Assembly (NCBI GenBank): GCA_003427395.1
Contig: BFEA01000032.1
Span: forward strand, 322,733 to 386,732
Source of the DNA: Chara braunii
Taxonomy: Eukaryota > Plantae > Charophyceae
Reading direction: 5' to 3'
Length of the DNA stretch: 64,000 nt
Part shown: piece after piece, positions 48,711 through 62,089 of the stretch
Position numbering within the stretch: position 1 is the first letter of the stretch
Layout: the number at the start of each line of letters is the position of its first letter
Translations under genes and position numbers: made by a program
Notes under the pieces: model-generated
The model's database searches: none
What the model saw: the letters and a program-made list of their open reading frames with translations, nothing else
What the model was told of the DNA's origin: nothing

Positions 48711-51700
48711 TAAGAGAAGAGATCTTCAGATGTCGATGATGCTCCTGGCAACCCAAAGATACAGAATCGGCCACTGAGAAGATTTGGGATGAGGACTGAC
48801 ACTCATAAGAATAAGGAGGGGTTCAGAGAATAACGGAAGATGGAGTCAAAGGAGGGAAGGCAGGTGTCCCCTTAGAGAAGGGTGTTCCTAAATCCCGTGC
48901 ACCTAAGTCTCTGACCCCCTTTGTCTTTGGAGGGCATAAATTTCAATCCAAAGGGAAAAAAATAAAAATATATAAATCTAACCCCAAAATGGGAGACAAA
49001 CACGAGCATAAAGAATATTGCATGGTGTATAGCAAAGCCGCTTTCAAGTTCTTCCCCACACCAAAACCTGATGATGAGACCATTGTTGAAAGAGTTAGTC
49101 TTACAACGATAATTGTTCATATTTTAACGTGTAACTCATGGGTCAAGTAGCCAACCAACTTAACTAACGATCGGAATGAGTCGAATTAGGCATGGGCGAG
49201 TAAACGTGCACCAATTAGTACACAAGTTTGACCTGTGGCAGTTGTGCCCTTTGCGGCAATGGCCGCAACGAGCGAAGGGTGTGAGTGCACACACATCAAG
49301 GGTTGCGCGTCACTGACAGGACCACCTAAGGGAAGTTCTTAATCATTAAAAGCCTTAATCTCGACATTAAAAGTCTTGATCTCGAGGCAGGGATGATTAG
49401 GGGGATTTTATTCGAAAGTGAATGAAACCCCGTCGACCTGTTGGCCAAAGTGAGTTATTAGATCAGTAAAAACGACCGCCCAATCAAATATATCGGATGG
49501 TTGGTGAAAAGGTTAGGGCAACTGAACCAAAATGTATGCCTTATGGAGGCCAACCCAATCTTCAGTGATTGCAATTGTCAAGGTTCAATCCCTGATCTGC
49601 GTGGTAGCAGTCCATTGATGTAGCTCATGGGGTTGGGCGCCCATTCTGTTAGAAAAGGGTATCCGCCCTTGACAAAAGGTTTGGTTGGGAGGAGCGTTGC
49701 CTCGAACGAGTAAAATCTTATTTAGGCTAGGCGGGCTGGATAGCCCAATGAGTGCAATTGCAGGTCACAGGAGTCAAAACCGCAACCTGTATTGCGAAGG
49801 GCGGGGCCGAATAATCTGTAGGGCTTGAAGCTCGGACCCTTGCCATGAGCCAAGGTTGTGCGAAGGGCCGGGCCGAATAATCTGTGCACGAAGGCTTTGG
49901 GGCATGATCCCGTGAGCTATACCTCCTGGCTTGGAGGTTCATTGCCTGCCGACAAGTCTAAGGGTCATGGCTCTTCGGCAGGTCAAAAGCTAAGGCGGGT
50001 TAGGCTTGGAGGGGTCATTGCTTGTCGATGAGTCAAACGGTCATATGACTCTTCGGCAGGTCAAAGCTAAGGCGGGTTTGTGACTAAAGAATAAAATTTT
50101 GTTTGACTCCTCGTTTTTTCTTTTTTCATTAGTATTTTTATTTCTTATTATTATATGATGTCCCTCCGTAGGTTGCCCAAATTTCCTCCTTAGTCCTGAC
50201 TACTTCCTCGAGTTAATTTTTGGTGCACCTGGGTCTAGAATGGGCTAGATTCATTTTAAAAAGAGAGAGAGAGCCCTGACCTGCAACTCTTTGAGCAAGA
50301 GAGGTGAGGTGATGCTGACCTCAACTAGAGAAGGTTGGATGTACATTGCAACCAAATGAGGGTAGGTTCGGAAAGGTGTGACATCATCACGAGACTCTAC
50401 TCCTCCTGACCGGTGCTACCTATCAAACTCATGATGAGGTGAAGTTGACCCTCGAATAGAGAGCGAGGCAGGCAGCAGTGGGGGTTGGCTATAAGGGACG
50501 GCAGTTGAAGGCTCATCCATACGTTGTGAGGAAGAAGTCGCCAGGCTATCGGACTGATGGGTGACAAGCGACAACGAGACAACGGGAGGTTGCAGACCGC
50601 GGGGAGGAGAACCGAGAAACAAAAGTAGAAAAGAGAAGAGACATGAAAAAGGCGAAGGGAGCAAAGGAGGTAAAAGATGAAGGGTTAGATAGAAGGCGAA
50701 GTCGGTGAAGAGGATGAACAAGAGCAAAACAACAATGAGACAAGTACGAGGGAGACAACAACAGGGCAAATCAGACAGAGACAACGAGAGGGCGAATAAG
50801 CGGAGGATGGTTAATGGGATGATAACCAAGGTGATAGCGAAGGGGAAAATGGCGGGACGATGACAAAGACATGGTTGCGCCAACGATGTCGTATCTTGCA
50901 GCCCCAGCTCGGCTACCAGCGGGCGTCATTACCTCTTCCTCCCTTTTTCTCTGCTCTAAGACACCTACTTTCTCTTCCTCATTTCATGTCGTCATCTTTT
51001 TTTGTTTCTTCATTTTCTCCTCCCTCTACTATCGATCCCCGTCCCCCTCTTATTTCCTCCCTCCTCAATAGTGTTTGTATTTTAGTCGGGATGATCGTGG
51101 TCAGGTACTATGGATAAGGTTGCATGCACCAAGTCGAGATTCAATCTAGGTGTGTAAGGAGTAGATGCGGTGAAAAAACGAAGAAGAGGATAGTGAGGAG
51201 GGAGAAGGAGAATCATAGGAGAAAGGGGGGGTGTAGGGAGATGAAGAGGAAGAGGCGAACAAAGAGAGGTTCGGGCCGCGTTGCAAGATTGCCCTCTCCC
51301 AACCCTGTTGCCTTGGTTATTTTCGACTAGGAAGATAGCTTGAATACATTTATGTACGATCTCATCATTATTATGTTTTGTTATTATAGTAATTTATTAT
51401 TGTTATTATTACTACTACTATTATTAGTTTGTTATTATTATTCGCCTGCTTCTATTATGTATTTTCAAACCTATGGTCGCTGGTTATTGAATTTTACTAT
51501 TCCGGTCTCAATCTGGCCATGAATACAACCAGATATGTTGTAGGAAGTGAGGGTTATGGAGTAGCGGAGCGACTTGTGGTAATTGGGGGAGGTGGGAGTT
51601 GAGGAGTCAGAAAGTTAGGAAGGGAAGATGAGGAGGGAGAAGAGGAAAAAGTAAAAGAGAAAGAGCGATTTGAAGGATACGATGACGAAGAAGAAGGCAA

Positions 51701-52019
51701 CCTAGAGAGTGGAGGTAAACAAAGGAGAAAGAGAACCAGGAGGAGGCAGTAAGAGGGAAAATAGCAAGAAGAGAGGTTGATTGCCAAGACCGACCGCCCA
51801 CTACCCCGACCAGTCCGGAGGCTCAGGCAGCATGAGCATTATCCTTTCATAATTTGTTTTATAAATATATAACATAATATGCTTATTTTATTTATTATTT
51901 TACTTATGTAATTTACCTGTTTACTTTCGTTACTATGTGCATCCGACCTTGTTCCATGCTACATATATTTTGGAGGTTGAATAAGGCCGAATGGAGAGAG
52001 AGCGAGAGGAAAAGAACAC

Positions 52020-52021
<2 letters not shown>

Positions 52022-52085
<64 letters not shown>
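52022..52085. repeat. (TA)n microsatellite
   Basis: Direct observation. Confidence 0.95.
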
Positions 52086-52087
<2 letters not shown>

Positions 52088-53394
52088 AAGAGAGAGAAAG
52101 AAAGGGTGAAGCGGGAGCAAGACTCATACCTGGACACTGCCCCTATAAATGTTTGAGCCTTGACCCATACCGTGGTCAAGGAGTTGGAGAAGAGTAGACC
52201 AGCAGTACGGTCTGGTGAACTAAGGAAGAGAGGGCAGCGAAAGATTGAAGGGGAAGGATACGAAGTAGAGAGGAAAAAAGTTGAAGCACACGAGAGGAGT
52301 AGTAAGTTGTTGCAACAGGCTGGGTAGACCTGCTAGATATTGCCGTAGACCGATTGTTTGGAATATTGCTGCTAGGACTGGTGTTGTTGGTTCGATCAAC
52401 GACAACGAAATAGACCGAAGAAGTGGGCCCGACCTATTCAGCCGGTTACTGCAAGGGGACTAGCTGACAGACAATCATCCACAAGGAAATATGACCATCG
52501 CTGAAGGTTGTCATGGGGGGTCGGCGATGGCACAGTGATGTTGGAGTGCTGTTTTCGGGTGCTGCAACATTGATGTTGAGCAGTATCACACTTGGGGCGT
52601 GAGAGGGGAGTTGACATGAGTAGAAGGAGAGAGCTGCAAGCAGGATGAGCTCCGACCTGCGGGAATCCACAACGATTGACTGCCATTGCGGTGCTCTTTT
52701 AGACCATAAGATTTCAGCTCTCTTCATGCTACTCTGAATGGACCCCTCTGGTAACTTGAGAGACGATAATTTCTTCTTATGCCGTTTTTCCTGTCAGTCT
52801 AGTCCTTGGTTTGGGAGAGGAAGGCAATCACGGTGGGTGAGATTGCAACCCAGGGAACTGTGTAAAGGCCTTGTGGGGGTTGACCCACCGATTGCGGGAG
52901 CTTCGCGGGAGCCCGAGATGGGTTCTGGAGTTGGGGAGCTCTCAGGTAGGTTGTCTCGCTCCCTATTACGCCCCGTACTTTACACTGCTCCCTAAGAATA
53001 GTATCACCTCCTAAAATTGTCTGCCAATTAACTATAAAAGGGTTTTAGTTATATGTGAATATTTCAAAAGATAAAAGAGAAAAGAAAAGGGAAAAGAGAG
53101 AGAGAATATAAGCAGTTGTGATCAAATGGCACGAATGTATGGATGATTTCGGGCCATCTCCGAAGCCCAGGTGGAACAGTGGCCCCCAAAGATAACTAAG
53201 AGGGAAAAGAAGGTGAAGGGGGGAAAAATGTGAGGAAGGCAATGAATCGTGTGAAGGGTCGCCGCTGAAGTCTCGGAAGAGGGGCGACTCGATGTTCATA
53301 ACTTTAACTAAGACTCAAGATAAGAAAAATTGATGGATGGGTGACGAGGACCCCAGAGTCACTGGCAAACGAACGTGGAGGGGAAGCCTCTGAG

Positions 53395-53523
53395 GATCTA
53401 GTAGTCTATCTCTAGGTGGCGGGCACCAAGCATGCCCTGGAAGGTACATGAGACCAATGGGGATTGCTTGGAACCCACGACCTTCTGAATGCCACACGCG
53501 AGCCTTACCAACTGAGCTGGCCG
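53395..53523 (-). mobile_element. tRNA-derived SINE-like head (copy 1)
   Basis: CGGCCAGCTCAGTTGGTAAGGC...GTGGCATTCAGAAGGTCGTGGGTTC: A box plus an interrupted B box. Confidence 0.6.
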
Positions 53524-53596
53524 TTGCATGTCGCATGCAGCTCCTTTGGATGGCAAAAAATTAATATAAAAAAAAAATATTTGTATCTTTCAAATT

Positions 53597-53700
53597 CGGC
53601 CTAGCTCAGTTGGTTAGCCACGAAAGTGGCATTCAAGAAGTCGTGGGTTCAATCCCCACGGACCACCTGCAGCACTCTTGGTGCCAACCAACTAAGACAA
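53597..53700 (+). mobile_element. tRNA-derived SINE-like head (copy 2)
   Basis: A box TAGCTCAGTTGG, B box GGTTCAATCC, T-arm GTGGG/CCCAC. The anticodon stem does not pair. Shares the tail ACCT..CAG..CTTGGTGCC with copy 1. Confidence 0.65.
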
Positions 53701-55200
53701 TTGGCTTGCTCCCCCGGTTCGGTAATGGTAGGGTCTTTGTACAATGTGACACAGGCCCAACCTATCTAACCTTGTAATGTAGGCTACCCGCTCAGGTCAC
53801 TGAGTTGTCGTGGGGACTATCGGTCAAATTTCCTGCTCTGAGAGCGGTCCTCGCGGCTGGCAGTAGCTACAATCAGATGTTTTGGCAAAAAAACAATTAT
53901 GATGTTCAGGGACACTGGACCCGATTTCCAGCAGGTGCTGCTCCCCACCAATAGATGGAGCCTCCCCGACAATGTTAGTGGTGTCTGCTCTTATCGACAC
54001 CTCTAGCACTAGCTTGGGTTGTTCATCCAAAAAAAAAAAAAAAAAAAAAATGGTTTTTGGCCATTGCGGGGTGTGTGTGTGTGTGTGTGAGCGTGAGTGT
54101 GGTGTATGGGAGTGTGTTGGCGATAGACACTGTTGTTGCGTGATGGGGGCGGGGAAAGTAGATGGGAAGCACAACTAATGGTCAAATGCTGGTCTTTGCA
54201 TTAGCCGGTCCTCCCCACTGGCGGCCCCAACCTCCTCCCTGACCACTCCTATTAGAGCGGGGGCCAAGATGCTACGCTTGCCCGGTTCTTAGCACGTGAT
54301 GCTCCCCACAAATATATTGGAGCTTTTGTTCCCCCCAGGGGTCCCCTATATAGGCTTAGGAGTAGGGGTAGACAGGTGCTGCTCCCCACTAATAGATGGA
54401 GCCATACAAAACTGGGTTTGCTAATGGGGGATGCTCCTATCACCTCCAGTAGAGCCTATTTTTGTCGACCCTGAATTTCATTGCACTCCGAGTTTGCCGA
54501 GCCTGGGTACCACTCCATTTTCTTTGTGGTACTCTCACAGGAAAAAAAAAAAAAAAAAAAAAAGTTGTGGCCGTGAACCTCAGAAAAGAAGAAGAAAAAA
54601 AAAAAAGGAAACAAAACTTTGGTCNAAAAAAAAAAGTTGTGGCCGTGAACCTCAGAAAAGAAGAAGAAAAAAAAAAAAGGAAACAAAACTTTGGTCGTGA
54701 TTGCAGTTGTATACATTCTTGGAAGTGGTAGTGTGAGTGAGGCCCTCAATGAGGGCATCTCAGCCCCGTGGCCAAGTTGTCAGATTCCAAAAAGAGAATA
54801 GAAGGGGGAAAAAACAGGCACATGGATTCGACCGTGAAAATGGTTGGGTACATTCCCCTAAATGCCAGTGTGATGAGCCTTACAATCCTCTGACAAAACA
54901 CATCTTGAACACATTACGGACAACTTGAGCAATTCACGGACAGGGGAATCATAAAAAACACACGACCAAGAAAAACAAGAAAACAGTAACATTCAAAATG
55001 TGACTGCCTTACCTGTAAGGTGCATTTTGTGGAGGAAGATTGTGAGCACGACCTCCTGGGGCGTGGTCCCACTAGCAAAGACGATCGGATCGAATGTCTG
55101 AATCTGAACGAGATTATGGAGATGTGCAGGAAATCGAGATTGAACTGTTTTTCTACATCTCTGCATAAAACACATCCAGATTCAATATCTCGATCTAATC

Positions 55201-58200
55201 TTTTTTTTTTTTTTTTTTTTTTTTTTGAAGGTCACCAATCTTTATCCATTAAAATCTCATATTAAACAGACCGGTAACCAAGATGAACATTCATAACGCC
55301 TGTGCAAGTAACGGGTGTGAGATTTCCAAATAGCAGAGACAATTAGAAACCTATAACCTCAACGGGTCTGACGTACCCTACGAGTAATCGATGTCCTAAT
55401 TGCTCCTTGTCTCTTCCCTATGAACCATGGGCCAATTTCTAAACCACCCTCGTTGGAAATTTTGGCCAACATGCTCTCCTTCGCCCACGTTTTAAGGAAC
55501 CACCTCGTACCCTTGCCTTTCAAACTATGGATTGTTCCCCAGCCTTCCTGCATAGCTCATCGTATGTTCTCTTTCACCTGAAAAATTTGTTTGTGAAGGG
55601 TCGTGTCTTCATTAGGAAATACTTTGACATTCCTTGCGGCCCAGATCGTTTCCATGATGACCCCACGGTAAAGCAGGGCGATGTATCCCCAGCCGACCGA
55701 GAAGTTTGTCCTTTGAGGAGTTGGGGCGTAAAGCGTCCACTCTTCTGTCCATTGGCCCAGGGGCACTGCTGCCAAAGATGTTTGGCCGACTTCCAACCCC
55801 AATTACATTTGATGCAGGACTCAATAATATCCATACCTTTGCTTACCAGCCACGACGTAGTGGGCATGATTTGCAAAGATTGTTGTCAGATTAAGCTAGC
55901 CTGTTTCTGCAAAGGCAGACATTTGAGAGTTTTCCACAACCTTTTCCAGTTAGACATCTTACTGTCGTTACCAATTTCGTTTACAAACCTTCTAGATGCT
56001 TTGGCTGTTGGAGGGTCCTGAGCTAATATTGTATGAGCCGCCACCCCCACCTTTGGTCTATACTTAATTAGCGAAATTGATTCGGATAAACTTGTTCTCT
56101 CCTTATCCCAACCGTATAGTAGTGGTTCCACTTTGAAACTTTCTGCTTCCCCAAGTAACATGTACGTAGACACTTTTTTTGTTGAACTGAGTTTCAAAAA
56201 TTATTAATTCGGTGCAGTCTGACAGTTTTGGGCCACCACTTCTCCCTCCAGAGAGAGGACAATTTGCCTTTTAACTCTTTTAGTCTCGTGCCAGACTTGC
56301 ACCGATGTGCCTGTCGGCAGGGCCGGACCCAACACTCTCTAAACTTTCTCACCATCCAAAGCTCTGAGCCATGTGCCCTGTTCTCTGTGTTCAACATTCT
56401 TCAACAACAAAATCCAGTGTCTTGGAACGGTCTCCTTCAATCTGCCATAGCTAGATTCCACATTATGCAGTCTAGGAAACTTCTTTCTTAGGTGAGACAC
56501 GGAGAGCCAAAAATCATTTTCAAAGTCTCACAGCTCCTTCAGTTGTAGGACCCCTTTGACTACTCATGCTCGCCCAAATGATCCTGGTGACCCATCTGCC
56601 GAGAGCGTCATTCCAGATTCTTATACTATAAACGTATTGTTGAATATCAATTGGTTACCCACCTCTAATGTGGTGGTTGACTCCCTAAACAAGTGTGGTA
56701 TAAGTTTGTTCCATGCAAACATAATTTCCTTCCAAATTCTGGATTTTTGGTGTCTTGTAGTATATGATTGCATCAACCAGCACAACCATACATACAAACC
56801 CTGCGAGAGGTCTCACTCCCTTCCAAAGATGTATTCACCAATATGGATCCATAACTTGGACACTGATTCTTTCATTGCCTGGACTGACCATTTTGCCAAC
56901 AACGCTAGATTTTGGCGTTTTGGATCTAAGATCCCCAGCCCTCCTTGATCTCTCGGTCGGGCAATAGCATCCCATTCCACCTTTCAGATAAAATTGCCTT
57001 CTTCTTTAGCAGAAGGTTCCCAAACATACTTAGCTCCGACTCTCTTTATCGTGGAGTAGGTTTGATCCCCTAGAAGATGAATCGTAAGCGGGAACCATAA
57101 AATGGAGAACGTTGCGGTAGATAGGACTTTAGCTCTGCCGAACAGAGAGAGTTTAAAGCTCTTTATCCAACCTGCTATCCTAGCTGAAACTTTTCACTCA
57201 GTATAGTGTCCTGCATTGTGCCAAGGTGAGACAGCGAAACCTGGACTCCGAGGAACCGCTTAGAAGTATCTGACAAGACTTGTCTCAGACCCCAATCCAC
57301 ACAACATTCAAAGGGGGGAAGGTAAAGAATAAATTGACTTGTCCCAATTTATCGAGGCTTCAGAGAGCAAGCAATACTCATCCAAAACTTTTCGCAATTC
57401 TGTGAGGGCCTTTGGAGTGTTTTCTACGGCAACCGTGAGGTAATCCGCTATCGTAATGGAAGAGGGGGGTAAATAAAAGATCTTTAATTCGTGGATTTGA
57501 TCCGATATTCTCCAAGAAAGTTTCTAATTGGATTACAAACAACAACGGCGCCAAAGGGCAACCCTGACGAAGGGACCGGGTTAATTTAAATTCACTCAAC
57601 AGCTTACCGTTTACAATAACCATAGAGGATGCTTCTGCGTACATGGCTTTTACCCATCTACAAAATCCTTGGCCAAAACCTTGATTTCGTAGTGTGGTAA
57701 AGACGAATGCCCAACCTACCTTGTCGTAGGCTTTCTCCATGTCCAAAAGTAGAACAGCCACATCCTTTTTTCTCTTTGCTGATTACCTCAAGGGCCTGAA
57801 TCGTTGTGAGAATATTTTCGAAGATTGATCTCCCTTTCACGAAGGCTCCTTGTTTCCAGCCTAAAAGGTTGGGGAAGAGGTCTGTCAATCTTATAGCTAT
57901 AGCCTTGGCCAGGAGCTTATAGACCACATTCAAAACAAAAATAGACCTATAATTCTTTACTTCTTTTTTGTCCCCCTTTTTGTATAATAAATAAATCACC
58001 CCTTGGGGAATACACTTAGGAAGATGCCCTGTCTCCAAGGCTTTATTGTAAATTGAGAGAAGGAAGGGGGCAAATGCATCCCAGGTAGACAAGAAAAGCT
58101 CTACCGGCAAACCGTCAATGTCAGGGCATTTACCCTCTGCCATTTGTTTGGCTGCCCTCCAAAGTTTAGGCGTCGTTAACGACTCATTCAACCTAAGATA

Positions 58201-58830
58201 GTCTGATCTCGAAATTCTAGCAGCTGAGGGCTTCCAAAATTCCGAGTTCTCAGAGAGGTCTATCTCTGGGGTGTCAAAGATCCTACGTATGGAAACTATA
58301 TCCTGAAAATAATCTAAGGCATACTTGCACAATTGTTCGGTGGAGTCGGCTATCGGAGCGTTCCACTCGAAAGGATGTGTTAACTCTCTGATAGGGGGTC
58401 TAGTTTGACGTCTCCTATCAGAGAGTTAACACATTATTTCGAGTGGAACGCTCCGATAGCCGACTCCACCGAACAATTGTGCAAGTATGCTTTAGATTAT
58501 TTTCAAGATACAGTTTTCATGCGTAGGATCTTTGACACCCCAGAGATAGACCTCTCTGAGAACTCCAGCCACTGGGTTTGTTTCTACACTTCCAGCCACT
58601 GAGTTTGTTTCTCCAGCCCCTATCATTGTTTTTTCAGTCACTGGATATGACCTTATGACCAAATGGTCATATCCCAAAATACCCTTGATTTTCAACCACC
58701 CCAGCCACTGGGTTTGTTTCTGCATTTCCAACACTTCCAATTTAGCCAGGCTAACTTTCATTTTCTGGGACAAAAAAAAAAATGAGAAAGGTTCCTTTCC
58801 CATTTTGCTTTCTGCCTCAGCCACCTCCTT
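55201..58830 (-). mobile_element. 5'-truncated, decayed L1-clade LINE with poly(A) tail
   Basis: Poly(T) on the + strand at 55201-55226. Motifs LDMEKAYD, LRQGCPLAPLLF, KKGDKKEVKNYR and CIKC..AKHLWQQCPWA. Multiple frameshifts. Confidence 0.88.
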
Positions 58831-59182
58831 GGTAAGACAATTTCCGGTCCATGTCCTTGCCCGACATGAACATCATCGGACCGATCCAATCCTTTTTGCT
58901 AGTGGGACCTCGGCCCTGGACTACCCTGCCCGACATCATTGCAGTAGAGAAAACATTTTTTTTCCCCCTTTTTCCTTTCACTCATGGCACTATGAAATTC
59001 AGATTTATGGGACATTGCCGACCCTGTGTCCCACCCCCGATTTCTTCCGGAACTGGCAAAACCTAATAATTTCCCAACACTGGCGGAGGTATTAGTGGTT
59101 AAGAAAAAAATAAAAATAAAAATAAAAAATAAAAAGATAGTTAGTGAAAGTGAAACGGTTTTCACCTTTTAGCAGTAGCAGA

Positions 59183-59998
59183 TGCAGTACCCAGGGCTCG
59201 ATCCCTAGACCTCACCCTACCCATGTACAGTATCGGTGTAGACCCCGAGAGTTGAACTTGTGACCTGTGTATTCGTAGACAGTTGGTAGGTCTGTCGTAG
59301 GTCCATAAGTAGCAGGGGTTCGATCTGTAGGTCTATAGGGTAGAAGTCGTAGCAAGTTCCAGAAGTCTAGTTGTAGTCCTTCTAGAAGGTCGGCAAGTGG
59401 GCAAGTGGTCAAGTGGCGAGGCAAGTGGTGGACTAAACTGCAGTGCAATTGCAGTACGACAACGGTAGGACAACAGTGAGTCCACAGACAGTCAGCGGTA
59501 AGGTCCAGTCAGTCCCGGTCCGGTCCAACAAGTACCACGGGGGACTGTGCACACCATGGGTCGATGGCAAAGGGCAGACCAACGAGTTTTCGAAGGATAA
59601 ATCAAGAGGCAGCGCCCAACCTTTCATTCAATCCTGCGTGAGCCATGCGGAAGCGCTGCCACAGCGACTTGTGCAAGGAGGTCTGCAGTGAGCCCGGAGG
59701 ACGCGGTGGGCGAGGGAGAAGGAGCTTAGTATGGCGATAGGGTAGAGGCGGCCATAGCTTCCATAGCTGTAGATAGTGTGAAGTGTGTGTGTGTGTATGT
59801 GAGACGCGTGTGGGATATCCATGGTGATCCGGTGTGTGTGAACAGTGAGTTGTTTGGGCGCTGAGTCGCCATAGCCAGTTGAAAGTGAACTCGTATCTGG
59901 AAGCCATATCTCTGAGTTTTGAGTGGGCGCATGTCGCCAGTTTGCTGCGCTACTGTTTACATGCATGAAAAGTATGAATGAGAACGAGTCTGATTGCA
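59183..59998 (+). repeat. Probable 5' LTR of the Ty3/gypsy element
   Basis: TGCAGT...ATTGCA termini, followed immediately by a PBS; the left boundary is inferred. Confidence 0.55.
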
Positions 59999-59999
59999 T

Positions 60000-60017
60000 T
60001 GGTATCGGGGCTGGTTT
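60000..60017 (+). promoter_or_regulatory. Primer-binding site, tRNA-iMet type
   Basis: TGGTATCGGGGCTGGTTT versus the canonical TGGTATCAGAGC. Confidence 0.65.
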
Positions 60018-60214
60018 CCGTTATTCCATGCGCGCCGTCGTGTGCAGGGCCTGATGCGCCATAGCAGAGGTGGCCATCGAAGGTGATAGTCCGCCATAGC
60101 GGACCTGAGGTTGGAGAAGCCGCCGCGCACCTGCAAAGAAGACCACGACGAAGAAGAAGACTGAGAAGGGAGAGAAGGAGACTAGAGCCGAGAGGTGAAG
60201 AGAAGGCCGATAAG

Positions 60215-60259
<45 letters not shown>

Positions 60260-60329
60260 GAGAGAAGAAGAGANNNNNNNNNNNNNNNNNNNNNNNNNNN
60301 NNNNNNNNNNNNNNNNNNNNNNNNNNNNG

Positions 60330-62070
60330 AAAGAAGGCGAGGAGATGGAGAAAAAGAAGAAGGCTGCTGAAGAAGAAGCAGCAGCAAAAGAGGAAAAAGA
60401 GAGAATGCGTATTGAGAGTAGAGAGGAGAGTAGTGGCACAAAGAGTGATACAGACGCAAAGATGGAGAAGAAATTGAGGGAGTGGGTCGCTAATTTATTG
60501 CTGGGGGAAGATGAGGAGGCAGAGTCTTATTTGACTCAAGATGAGAGGGAAGCACTGGCCAATGAGCTAGCAGCAATGACAGATCCTATGGAACGGCGAG
60601 AAAGGGAGGAAGAGCTGAAGTTGGCGTGGAAGTTAAGGATGAAGAGGGAGAAGAAGAGGAGGAGAGAGGAAGTGAATAAACTGACCGCAGAGGTGGCAAA
60701 GGTGCTGGAGTGTAGGAAGGAAGTGTTGGCTCAGCCAGATGACAAGGCCAAGTGGGATAAAGTGTTGGGCTACCTAGAGGTGATAATTAAAGCCTTAATG
60801 GAGGAGCGTCAGGCCAGTTGGAGTCAAGACGTAGCTTTGAGTGCCATGCGGCCGGGGTTCAGAGACTTTGCGCGCGATATCGTCACCCACCTTGGGGGCG
60901 AAGTGAGGCAGTTGAGGGACAACGTAGGGAAGTTCTGTGAGGGCGCCATTGAGGGTGCCAAAGCAATAACCATTGTAGAGGGCGAGGTCAGACCCCGTAA
61001 GGAACCTGTAAAGCTCAAGTTCCCAGACGTATACGGGGGAAAGAAGGAGGACAACTTTGACAACTGGGAGGCCAGTGTCAATAGCTACATATCTTTACAA
61101 CACATCCTGCCAGAGGAACAAGTCCTCGTGGCCTTCCAGGCCCTTAAGAATGAGGCGGCTAGTTTTGCTAGGTCCCTTGCGCGCGCAGCCAGTTGTGAAA
61201 ACAACATGGTTGCGTATTCCAGGATCACCACTCTCCCTCAATTCTTCAAGCTCCTGAAGGAGCGATTTGCAGACCCAACGAGAGGCGTTCGTGCCTCTGA
61301 TAAGCTACAAACGATCCACTCACGACAGTGGAGGGGTGCAAGAGCAATCAAGGGCACCATGGACGACTTGGTAGCCGTCCCAGACCATGGGGTCACTGAG
61401 ACCCAATTGGTCCAATTATTTTATCGTGCCATGCCAGAGGCCCTGCGTATGTACTTCTTTGACAAATCTCAATAGGTTGGCATTACTTATGATGCGTTGA
61501 GTAGAGAAGTCGTCCTGTATGAGTCAAAGTCCATGCCAGTTACCACTTTCTGGCACAAGGACTTGGATACGGGGAAAAAGTGAAAAGGCCGTACCATCTC
61601 TGGCTAAGTTAAGGCCAAGGATCATATGATCCTGACATTAGAGGAAGGTGGTACTGATGAGGTCCCATACAGCCAGATTGAGTGGGGCCTTGAGGAGGAG
61701 GACAGTAGTGTGGGACAGGGGAGGTTTTATGCTGCAGTCGCGGCTGGAGGGAGGCGGCAAGGTAGAGGAGGAGGCCAAGGTCAAAGGGGCCAGGCCATGG
61801 GAGGCCGAGGACCGGGCGCACAGGGGGTTGGCAGACAGGGAAACCGCCAAGCGGGAGGTAGGGGTCAAGGTCCCCCGCCAAATCGCCAGGGTTCATTTCG
61901 GTCCCCACAACGACGAGGTGGAAGAGCACCTCAAGGAGGATGGCACCCAGGTTTGCCACAAGGCAGGCCTTGGGAAGATTTAGGTTTGGACCAGTCTTTA
62001 TGACAGGAATGCGTGAACTTTCATCAGTGCGTATTTTGTGGTGACCCGGCTCACGTAATTAAATTTTGTC
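60330..62070 (+). pseudogene. gypsy gag with CCHC knuckle
   Basis: ORF 60195-61475 continues through stops into a Gly/Arg-rich linker and the CX2CX4HX4C knuckle at ~62028-62069. Confidence 0.8.
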
Positions 62071-62089
62071 CAAAGTATAGACAGACCCG

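Noticed and set aside
53597-53665. Functional tRNA-Ala gene
   Set aside because: The anticodon and acceptor stems do not pair; treated as a SINE head
54555-54696. ~70-bp direct duplication
   Set aside because: Identical copies flank a single N, so it is most likely a scaffolding overlap artefact
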